From positions 1 through 19,879 of the forward strand of contig JAZGFI010000232.1 of the NCBI GenBank assembly GCA_036479435.1: DNA of 19,879 bases, given 5' to 3'. This document shows, one piece after another, positions 7,874-15,783 of the stretch. The notes under the pieces are model-generated. The model did not search any database. It was not told the DNA's origin and saw nothing but the letters and a program-made list of their open reading frames with translations. Position numbers and translations under genes: made by a program. Every line of letters begins with the position of its first letter. Position 1 is the stretch's first letter. This DNA is from Planctomycetota bacterium (GTDB lineage Bacteria; Planctomycetota; GCA-002687715; DRQF01).

Positions 7874-9247
7874 TCACACATCATTTGTCTTGGGCGTGGG
7901 GTTGGCTGCCAAGCATAGTGGCAGCTCAACTGACACTTGGGTGCCGCGACCAAATTCGGATTCGACGCGGAGCTTGCCGCCGAGCCGTTCGATCACTGTG
8001 CGGGACAAAAACAGCCCCAGGCCCATGCCTCGTCCGGGCTCCTTGGTGGTAAAGAAGGGGTCACCGGACTTCGCCAGGGTGTCCGGCGTCATGCCGGTGC
8101 CCTGGTCGATTACTTTCATTATCATGTGGTTATCTCGCCGTTCGGCAACCACTGAGATCGATTGATCTAGGGCAGAAGCGTCCAAGGCGTTCTTTACCAG
8201 TCCGCGCAAGGCCCGTCGTAGAGCTTTTTGGGGCGCCTCCAGCTCCGCGCTCTCTAATGCGAGGCCTACTGTCAGGGCAATACGGCTTTCGGCGTGAAGC
8301 GGCTCTATGACCTCTCGAAGGTAGCTTACAACTGAGGCACGGTGCAGGCTCTCGCCAGAGAGTTCTCCAGGCTGTGCCGCCATATTCACCAAAATTTGTC
8401 GACAACGCCGAACTTCTTGCCGAATGAGTTTGATGTCTTCCAAGGTCGCCGCTTCAACTTGAACAGTGTTCAAATCGCGTTCGAGTTCGCCGGCCACAAT
8501 CGCAATCGTTGACAAGGGAGTGGCGAGTTCGTGAGCCGCGCCCGCGGCCAGCGTGATTAAAGAATCGAAACGTTCATCTCGAGCTCGCAGGTAGCGGTCA
8601 CGTTCGAGCTCTCGCTCCCTTGCCTCCAGTTCGCGTCCAACACGCATTACGAAATAGACGACCACGACAACTGCGGCGAAGAAGGCCACCTGCATTCCGC
8701 GTTGAACGAGCGCTAACTGGTTGGGATCACTGAAGACGGAGAGCTCTCGGCTCCAGATGAACAGCAGCCCATAAGAGGTCAGGCTCAAGGCCGTCAGCCC
8801 TATCGCCCATCGGTTGGGCAAGATCACGGCGCCGAGGACAAGCTGAACGAAGTAGAACGTCGCGAAGGGATTTAAGGGGCCGCCCGTCAGCCCGAGCAGC
8901 ACGCTGAGGTTCAAGACATCGAGAGCGGAGGCGAAGCCCATGAGTCGCTCACCCTTAGACTCAAAACGCCCGAACGAGCCAGGCGCAAGCCCACCGTGAA
9001 ACATCCAGCCCAGGGCGAGGTTCGACCCGGCTGTCAAGGCGATCAAGCCCAGCAATGGAGCCAGCGGAAGATCGACCCCACAGCTGAAATGGACGATCAG
9101 TACCGTGCAAAGCTGGCCGAGGACGGCTGTCCACCGGAGTTTCGACGACCAAGCAAAATTGATGTGGGCCCGACTCTTTTGCCGCCGAAGAATGGAGGAC
9201 TCGGAGACCGATAGGGCATCGCCGTCGTTGCTGAGCATGCTCCGCAA
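7874..9247 (-). CDS. regB: RegB/PrrB/ActS-family redox-sensing histidine kinase
   Basis: Multi-TM sensor with GGPLNPF (GGxxNPF), H-box AAHELATPL, conserved Cys in RRCRQIL, and HATPase motifs DQGTGM, PFFTTK, GMGLGL. Start is TTG 9247 or ATG 9238. Confidence 0.9.
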   Translation of the reverse strand: MRSMLSNDGDALSVSESSILRRQKSRAHINFAWSSKLRWTAVLGQLCTVLIVHFSCGVDLPLAPLLGLIALTAGSNLALGWMFHGGLAPGSFGRFESKGERLMGFASALDVLNLSVLLGLTGGPLNPFATFYFVQLVLGAVILPNRWAIGLTALSLTSYGLLFIWSRELSVFSDPNQLALVQRGMQVAFFAAVVVVVYFVMRVGRELEARERELERDRYLRARDERFDSLITLAAGAAHELATPLSTIAIVAGELERDLNTVQVEAATLEDIKLIRQEVRRCRQILVNMAAQPGELSGESLHRASVVSYLREVIEPLHAESRIALTVGLALESAELEAPQKALRRALRGLVKNALDASALDQSISVVAERRDNHMIMKVIDQGTGMTPDTLAKSGDPFFTTKEPGRGMGLGLFLSRTVIERLGGKLRVESEFGRGTQVSVELPLCLAANPTPKTNDV

Positions 9248-9281
9248 TCTACAGATTTCGGCGATTCACCGTGCAAAACAG

Positions 9282-9316
9282 ATCCGCCGCGCCCAGTTTT
9301 GCCGGGCGCGACGGAT
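9282..9316 (-). terminator. Probable intrinsic terminator downstream of the sigma factor gene
   Basis: On the minus strand, ATCCGTCGCGCCC-9 nt loop-GGGCGCGGCGGAT forms a 13-bp stem with one G.U pair, followed by CTGTTTT. Confidence 0.55.
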
Positions 9317-9367
9317 ACTCTCAAACAAGATGTTGATTCTGAGACTCAAGCTCTCGTTAAGGCCAAC

Positions 9368-10645
9368 TCAACCTCTAGCCAACTCCGCCAAGATGACGCC
9401 ACGGTCACAGTCGCGAAGCGCAGATAGCGCCTCTTCTTGGATTTGTCGAATCCGCTCCGAGGACACGCCCAATACGCCGCCAATTTCACTCAGCGTGTGC
9501 GGCCGCGCATGGCCGATGCCAAAGCGCAGTTGCAGCACTCGGCGGTGGCGATCTCCCAAAAAGTCCAGGGAGGACTGGACGTAGTCGCTCAGGTCATTGA
9601 GGTCAGCTCCGGCTTCGGGGCTGGGCGCCGCCCGATCGGGAATGGAATCCGCCAGCCCGCCGTCGTCGCTGCGCGATTGATCCAGACTCACCATGGACCC
9701 GGTAACCGAGGGGTTCGCAAGTAACTTGGGCAAACGGTAGCGCTTGCCCTGGTGCTCCATGGTCGCTGGCGGCTCGATGCCGTCACGCTTGTCCTTCGCG
9801 ACCTTGCGCAACAAGTGCGTCAGGTGAACCGGCAAGCGAATCATGCGGCTTTTTTCTTCCAAAGCTCGGATGACGGCCTGACGAATCCAAAGGTAGGCGT
9901 AGGTCGAAAACCGCACTTTGAAGCGCCCGTTGAACGACTCCGTGGCGCGGATCAAGCCGATGTTGCCCTCTTGGATCAACTCGTCGAAGGACATCGGACC
10001 GGGGATGAAACCCCAGGCGACCTTCAACACCAAACGCAAGTTGCGTTCGATGAGGGGGCCTCGAATCTCAACGAATCGCTGACGTGCATCCTCGACACGC
10101 TTCTTCAGATTCGCGCCATGGCGCGCTTCGGCCGCCATGCGATAGCGGTCGAGCGGCTTCGGGCGAATCCCCACGAACAAGATTGCTCGCACCAGCCAGC
10201 TCGTCTGCCGGCGAATGCGGTAGTGAAAGGGGCGGTCCCCGGCGCGTGCAACGTGCTTTTCAAAGATGTCATAAAGACGCGGCACATAGTGCACCGGCCC
10301 AATCTGGCCTTCCTTCAAGCGCGGCGGTCCCGGCACAATCGCGCTCGCGGCCATGTCGCCAGTTTTCCAGGTTTGAAGGTCCTTCCAAAAGGCCTCCAAG
10401 CCACCTTCGGAATGAAGGTAGGAACGCGTCCAGGTCTCGCGGGCGCCCACGAGTGCCTTCAAAACCGCTTTCTCTTCGACCGGAGTCAGCAACTTATGTG
10501 ACTCCACTTCTCTTAGATAAAGCTGCAAGGGTTCGGTGGCCACACGTGGAGCACTCTTCTTCGCTGTCTTTTTTCGCGCGCTCGGCCCGGCTGGGCGCGG
10601 AGGCGTCTTATTTAGTTTCTTCTCGGATTGAGTCTTGCGAGGCAT
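9368..10645 (-). CDS. RNA polymerase sigma-70 family factor (RpoD/RpoS-like, divergent)
   Basis: Region 1.2 LQLYLREV..LLT..EE, region 2 NLRLV...LIQEGNIGLIRA...FSTYAYLWIRQA, region 4 LRFGI...TLSEIG..LGVSSERIRQI. ATG 10645 preferred over TTG 10690. Confidence 0.92.
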   Translation of the reverse strand: MPRKTQSEKKLNKTPPRPAGPSARKKTAKKSAPRVATEPLQLYLREVESHKLLTPVEEKAVLKALVGARETWTRSYLHSEGGLEAFWKDLQTWKTGDMAASAIVPGPPRLKEGQIGPVHYVPRLYDIFEKHVARAGDRPFHYRIRRQTSWLVRAILFVGIRPKPLDRYRMAAEARHGANLKKRVEDARQRFVEIRGPLIERNLRLVLKVAWGFIPGPMSFDELIQEGNIGLIRATESFNGRFKVRFSTYAYLWIRQAVIRALEEKSRMIRLPVHLTHLLRKVAKDKRDGIEPPATMEHQGKRYRLPKLLANPSVTGSMVSLDQSRSDDGGLADSIPDRAAPSPEAGADLNDLSDYVQSSLDFLGDRHRRVLQLRFGIGHARPHTLSEIGGVLGVSSERIRQIQEEALSALRDCDRGVILAELARG

Positions 10646-11067
10646 CTTTTCCCTGCCCTTCGAGCTATGGCCTGCACGCGCTTTCGGCAAGATCGCGATG
10701 CCGGCCTATTCCCTCTGTTTCCCACGCTTTTACATAGACGTCTGACGTGATCGAATAGTTCTTTGTTCAGAAAACTGTTCACTAAAGATCGCGTCATAAT
10801 TTCAGATTTCGACACCAAGGTCGATTTCGAAGCCTAGCTGGAGCCGTCCCCAGGACCCTCTTGAACGGATCAAGACCCGAAATCGAAGCCCGAAAGAAAA
10901 AAGAGATTTTGGGGGGCAAATTGAAATAAGTGTCGGCTAACCGCAAGCCGCGACGGGGGAGTCACTTGTCACCTAAAACATATCCGCGATTCCCCGCCGT
11001 GCCGAAAAAGACAGACATGTTTGTGGAAAAACACAGCTCGAAAGGCCTAAACGAGGAGGCGGAAATC

Positions 11068-12990
11068 CTAGGGGACGAGCCGAACGGGTTGGTCGTAGAG
11101 GCTTCCGCCTTCGCCGAAATCCGTCAGCTCGGCGCGGACGAGTCGGTTCACGCCGCGATCGTTCCTTAGCTGGCCGCCCTTTTCCATGAGCGCCAAGTCT
11201 GGGCGCATGGTGGCGTCGTGAACGACGCGAACTTCTAGTCGAGCCAAGTCGCTTTCGAGAAAAGCGTGGGCGCCGTCGGCGATGCCTTCGGCGGCCATGG
11301 GGTGTACGCGGACGGGCGCTGGACCATCGAAGTTGGTGGAGGCCCATTGCGACGATTGAGCTTTGGGCGTTGACGTGGCCATCAAGGTCAGAGGGTAACT
11401 GTCGTCCATGTTCCGCGGAGCAGCGGCGGCTTCGACCATGAGATGGGCTTTGCTGTTGGGCGTCGCGAACTTAGAGCCTTCAAACAGCAAGACCGGAGCA
11501 AAGGGATTGCGAAGCGCGCGGCCTTGCAAGTCTTCAGCCTGTACGCCCTTTTCCTCCAGGCGGTGCATCGCCCGCCGTTTCCAGTCGTTGACGCTACCCT
11601 TCAACTCTTCGCCCAGCCCCAAGCGCTCTGCCAAGCCCTGGATAATTTCAAGTTCATGACGGGCTTCGCCCGGCGGGGTCAGAACGGCTTGGCTCGCTCG
11701 CAAGTAGTTGTTGCCAAAAGCGGCGTGGAGGTCTGAATCCTCTAACAGCGTGAGGGTCGGTAAAACGAGATCGGCGTGATCGGTCGTGTCCGTCGGGTGG
11801 GTGTCGACAACGACGACAAATTCGGTCTTATCGAGCGCGCGGGCAATCTGGTCGGAATCTGGCAGCATCGCCACGGGGTTGCCTGCGGTGACCCAGATCA
11901 TCCGCACCGGCGGGTCTTGGGCTTCGAGGACGCAAGGCCCAAACAGGGGCTCTGGGAAAGTTCGTGCCGGTTCGATGGGCTCTTGGCCGAAGTTTTTGTC
12001 GTAGGCACGGCTGGGATCAAAGCCAAAGGACGCGCCGCCGCCGCGAAGTCCCATCTGACCCATGACCGTGGCGAGGCCGTCGATGGCCCGCATCGTGGCG
12101 GCACCGTTCCGACGCCGCCCGAGCCCCCAACCGAAGAGGATCGCGGCGGGATGCTGTTCTGAATAGAGCTCGGCGGCCGCGCTAAGCTCTTCGGAGCTCA
12201 AGTCCGCCTCTTGGGCCCATTCGGCCACCGGGCGGGCCTTAGCGAGCTGGCAGAATTCTTCGAAGTTGTCGCAGTATGTCGTTGCCTTCGGGTCGATGCG
12301 CTGGGCATCGATGATCCAGCGCAGCATGCCCATCGCGACGGCGTAGTCGCGGCCCGGCGCGGGCTGAAGAAACAGGTCAGCACTGATCGCGGCTTTGGTG
12401 CGCACAGGATCGATGACTATGATCTTGGCCCCGTTGCGGCGCGCTCGTTGTAAAAACGGTAGCAAGTGGACGCCCGAGGTGTGGGGATTTTTTCCCCACA
12501 GCACGATCAGACGGCTATGCGCCAGATCGGCCATGTCGGGGCTTGCCACTTTCCCGAAGTCGGCGGTCTGGGCGTAGTCGCCGGCGCCGGAGCAAATATC
12601 GCCGCGTTTTTTGCTGATCGGGCCGAAGCGCGAAAAAAGGTAGTCCGGGATCTGTTTCAAGACCCCCAGCGAGCCGCCCGAGCGGTAGTGAAAGATCGAT
12701 GCGCCGCCGCTCTCTTCGCGAAAACGCAGCATGTGCTCGGCCGCGACGTCGAGGGCGCGATCCCAACTCACCGGCGTCAGCACGCCGTCGATACGCAGCA
12801 TCGGCTGCGTCAAGCGGTCGAGGGCGTACTGGCGATCCAAAAAACGCAGGGTGCGTTCGCAAAGAAAGCCCTGGGTGATGGGATCGTCGGGATCGCCGCC
12901 GAGTTTCGTGGCTCGGCCATTCTCGGTGGTCACCACCAAGGTGCAGGAATCCGGGCAATCTCGGCTGCAGACGGTCTTGTGCTCTTCCAT
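11068..12990 (-). CDS. Molybdopterin (bis-MGD, DMSO reductase superfamily) oxidoreductase, single subunit
   Basis: N-terminal Fe-S motif CSRDCPDSC...GFLC, RLTQPM, VSWDRAL, DICSGAG, IVLWGKNP, VIDPVRT, TTDHADLVLP and a C-terminal dinucleotide-binding domain. ATG 12990 is the likely start because the longer ORF overlaps the divergent gene. Confidence 0.92.
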   Translation of the reverse strand: MEEHKTVCSRDCPDSCTLVVTTENGRATKLGGDPDDPITQGFLCERTLRFLDRQYALDRLTQPMLRIDGVLTPVSWDRALDVAAEHMLRFREESGGASIFHYRSGGSLGVLKQIPDYLFSRFGPISKKRGDICSGAGDYAQTADFGKVASPDMADLAHSRLIVLWGKNPHTSGVHLLPFLQRARRNGAKIIVIDPVRTKAAISADLFLQPAPGRDYAVAMGMLRWIIDAQRIDPKATTYCDNFEEFCQLAKARPVAEWAQEADLSSEELSAAAELYSEQHPAAILFGWGLGRRRNGAATMRAIDGLATVMGQMGLRGGGASFGFDPSRAYDKNFGQEPIEPARTFPEPLFGPCVLEAQDPPVRMIWVTAGNPVAMLPDSDQIARALDKTEFVVVVDTHPTDTTDHADLVLPTLTLLEDSDLHAAFGNNYLRASQAVLTPPGEARHELEIIQGLAERLGLGEELKGSVNDWKRRAMHRLEEKGVQAEDLQGRALRNPFAPVLLFEGSKFATPNSKAHLMVEAAAAPRNMDDSYPLTLMATSTPKAQSSQWASTNFDGPAPVRVHPMAAEGIADGAHAFLESDLARLEVRVVHDATMRPDLALMEKGGQLRNDRGVNRLVRAELTDFGEGGSLYDQPVRLVP

Positions 12991-13081
12991 GTTGGTTCTC
13001 GCGTTGCGGGCCGAGCAAGATCTCACGCAAGAGCGTATCATTCCGAATCCCCAACTGGAACGCATTCGGAGAGCAGCCAAG

Positions 13082-14275
13082 TTGAGTGATTTTCGCCGCA
13101 TGATCTTCGCCGCGACCGCCCTTTGCGCGCTCGTCTTTGCAACGATTTCCTGCCAGAGCACTTCGCGTGGCGACACCATCGCCCATCGTTCTAAGATCAA
13201 CCCCAGCATGACCCGCGCTCTGTGGATCGACAGTTGGGGGCCGGGAATCGCTACGGCGGCACAGTGCGATGCCGCCATCGCCCACGCTAAAGAGGCGGGC
13301 TACAACACGCTGCTCATCGAAGTCCGCAAGGTCGGCGATGCCTACTACGAAAGCAGCCTTGAGCCGCGAGCGACGGATGCCCCCGAGTTCGACGCCCTCG
13401 CTTACTTCATCGAACACGCTAAAAGGCAGTCTGGCCTTCGCGTTGAAGCTTGGATTGTCGCGAACCGGATTTGGAAGGGTCATGCGGAGCCTGCGGAATC
13501 CAAACCCCGCCATGTCATTCATGTTCACCCCGAATGGCTGCTGCGGCGGCGGGATCTCGCCAAAGAGGCGAGTTCAGAGACGCCAGAGCCGAGTCTCTAC
13601 CTCGACCCCAGCCAGCCCGGAGCGCGCGCATGGACCGCCGACGTGGCCGCCGACATCGTGCGCCACTACGACGTCGATGCCATTCACCTCGACTACATCC
13701 GTTATCCGGGCTCAGAGTGGGGATACGGGGCCGCGAGTTTGGCGCGTTTTCGCCGTGACACCGGCGCGACCCAAGACCCCGCACCCGACGATGCGAAGTT
13801 CGTCCAGTGGCGCATCGACCAAGTTTCGCGCCAGCTAACCGAGATTCGAGACGCCATTCGAGCCGTCGATCCCGCGGTCGATCTCACGGCGGCGACCTTG
13901 ACCTGGGGGGAGATCAAAGGCAGCGACTACGCCGCTACTCGAGGTTACCTCGAAGGCCTGCAGGATTGGCCGGCTTGGTGCCGGGCTGGACTTTTGGACG
14001 TGGTTTATCCGATGCACTATAAACGCGAACACGACGAACGTTGGGCCGCTGATTACCGCAACTGGTTTCAGCTCTTCCGCCGAGTACGTCGCGGCACTCG
14101 CCTTGTTGTCGGCGTCGGCGCCTATCTCAATGACATCGCTGGCAGTGAAGCCCAGCTACGCGATGCTTGGCGCGCTGGCTTCGACGGGATTGCGGTCTTC
14201 AGTTATCGCTCTTCCAACCGCGGTGACGCCGACCTCGCGCGATTTACGCGCGCCCTGCGGCGCAGTGCTCAATGA
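13082..14275 (+). CDS. GHL10/DUF187 (YddW/DigH-like) glycoside hydrolase lipoprotein
   Basis: RALWI, GYNTLLIEVR..GDAYY, FDALA, HPEW, YLDP, YDVDAIHLDYIRYP, QDW..W. Signal peptide with lipobox TISC. TTG 13082 follows a GGAGAG RBS; ATG 13100 is the alternative. Confidence 0.88.
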   Translation: MSDFRRMIFAATALCALVFATISCQSTSRGDTIAHRSKINPSMTRALWIDSWGPGIATAAQCDAAIAHAKEAGYNTLLIEVRKVGDAYYESSLEPRATDAPEFDALAYFIEHAKRQSGLRVEAWIVANRIWKGHAEPAESKPRHVIHVHPEWLLRRRDLAKEASSETPEPSLYLDPSQPGARAWTADVAADIVRHYDVDAIHLDYIRYPGSEWGYGAASLARFRRDTGATQDPAPDDAKFVQWRIDQVSRQLTEIRDAIRAVDPAVDLTAATLTWGEIKGSDYAATRGYLEGLQDWPAWCRAGLLDVVYPMHYKREHDERWAADYRNWFQLFRRVRRGTRLVVGVGAYLNDIAGSEAQLRDAWRAGFDGIAVFSYRSSNRGDADLARFTRALRRSAQ

Positions 14276-15720
14276 CGGTGGGCCGGGAAAGATCGAAAGA
14301 CGAAGCCCAGCGGCCCCATGGTCTTCACGCCGCCTACGCCCCCAAAGAGCTCGCCCGGGTCGGCCAGCACTTGGTCGAACGCCTGACCAAGGAACTCCAG
14401 TCGAGTTGGGACGGCGAAACGCGGCCGGTCATGACCCCGGTGACGCCCGATCAAATGATGGCGCAAACCCCGCGCCCCACGGCTGGCACTCAAAGCCTCG
14501 ACGAGCTTTTCGACCGCTTCCTCAGTTCAGCGACACGACTGCACGACCCTCACTTTGTGGGTCACCAAGTTTCGGCCCCGCTGCCCGCGGCCGTTTGGTT
14601 TCAGGCCCTCGGTGCCTACCTCAACAACGGCATGGCGGTGTTCGAGATGGGCCCAGCCGCAACCGCGATGGAACGACGGGTCTTGGAGTGGATGGCGGGC
14701 CACGCCGGTTTCACGGCAAAGGCCGAGGGTTTCTTCACTTCTGGCGGCTCGATCGGAAACCTCACGGCTTTGCTGACGGCGCGGCAGGTCATGGCCGGCC
14801 TCAACGAACGCGGGCAAGCCAAGGTCGCCGCCCCGGCGATCCTCGTCTCAGGCCAGGGTCACTACTGCAGCGCCCGCGCCGTCCACATCATGGGTTGGGG
14901 CGCAGATGGTCTGATTGAAGTCGAATGCGACGCCAAGTTCAAAATGCGGCCGAGCGATCTTAGCCGCGCCAAAGCGGAGGCCGAGCGCCGCGGCCGGCAA
15001 GTTATCGCCGTCGCCGCGAGCGCTTGCTCGACTTCGACGGGCTCTTACGATCCTCTCGAAGCGATCGCCGACTTTTGCGAAGAGCATCACATCTGGCTCC
15101 ACGTAGACGGCGCGCACGGGGCAAGCGCTTTGCTGTCACCGCGCCTGAAACCGCGCTTGGCGGGCCTTGAACGCGCCGACTCCCTGGTGTGGGATGCCCA
15201 CAAGATGCTCATGATGCCCGCCCTCAGCACCGCCGTGATCTATCGCAATGGCGAGCACGCATCCCGAGCTCTCGCCCAAAAGGCCTCTTACCTGTTCGAC
15301 GGCGATCCCGACTTGGAGTGGTTCAACGTTGGGCATCGCACCCTGGAATGCACCAAGACGATGATGGCCAGTGCGCTCTACGCCAGCCTGGCCCACTACG
15401 GCGAAAACTTGTTCAAAGAGTTCGTCGAACACGCCCACGACCTCGCCACCGAGTTCGCCAGCTACCTCGAATCCAGTCCCGATTTCATCGTCGCCTGCCG
15501 CCCGGAAAGCAACATCGTCTGCTTTCGTCACGAGCCCGAGAACGCCTCGGACCTCGACGCACGCCAACTGTCTTTACGACGAAAAATCGTGGATAGCGGG
15601 GAATTCTATTTGGTGCAAACCAGCCTTGGCGGCAAACCTTGGTTGCGTTGCACCCTGATGAACCCCCGGACAAAGATCGCTGACCTGATCGAACTTTGTG
15701 ATCAGCTACGACGGAGCTGA
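14272..15720 (+). CDS. Group II PLP-dependent amino acid decarboxylase (diaminobutyrate/aromatic/glutamate decarboxylase family)
   Basis: FVGHQ, FTSGGSIGNLTAL, HYC, WLHVDGAHG, DSLVWDAHK (PLP lysine), NIVCFR, LRCTLMNP. ATGA overlap with the upstream gene. Confidence 0.93.
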   Translation: MTVGRERSKDEAQRPHGLHAAYAPKELARVGQHLVERLTKELQSSWDGETRPVMTPVTPDQMMAQTPRPTAGTQSLDELFDRFLSSATRLHDPHFVGHQVSAPLPAAVWFQALGAYLNNGMAVFEMGPAATAMERRVLEWMAGHAGFTAKAEGFFTSGGSIGNLTALLTARQVMAGLNERGQAKVAAPAILVSGQGHYCSARAVHIMGWGADGLIEVECDAKFKMRPSDLSRAKAEAERRGRQVIAVAASACSTSTGSYDPLEAIADFCEEHHIWLHVDGAHGASALLSPRLKPRLAGLERADSLVWDAHKMLMMPALSTAVIYRNGEHASRALAQKASYLFDGDPDLEWFNVGHRTLECTKTMMASALYASLAHYGENLFKEFVEHAHDLATEFASYLESSPDFIVACRPESNIVCFRHEPENASDLDARQLSLRRKIVDSGEFYLVQTSLGGKPWLRCTLMNPRTKIADLIELCDQLRRS

Positions 15721-15742
15721 TGGAGGGAGGAAAGGGTGGTGA

Positions 15743-15760
15743 CTTTGGTCTGAGCCAAAG
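15743..15760. terminator. Short hairpin between convergent genes (CTTTGG-TCTGAG-CCAAAG)
   Basis: 6-bp stem in the 63-bp gap between convergent stop codons, with no clear U-tract. Confidence 0.3.
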
Positions 15761-15783
15761 GTTCAGGGTTTGCTGGGTGGGGG

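Noticed and set aside
10758..10780. GTTC repeats as a LexA box upstream of the sigma gene
   Set aside because: Spacers of 3 and 8 nt fit neither GTTC-N7-GTTC nor GAAC-N4-GTTC.
12731..13278. Long N-terminal extensions of the oxidoreductase and hydrolase ORFs, implying overlapping genes
   Set aside because: Family motifs and RBS placement put the starts at 12990 (-) and 13082/13100 (+). The extensions are open-frame run-ons.
12515..13528. 337-aa minus-strand ORF and other long shadow ORFs (e.g. 9752-10501, 14103-14918)
   Set aside because: They overlap well-supported genes, have low-information composition and show no motifs, which is typical of GC-rich DNA.
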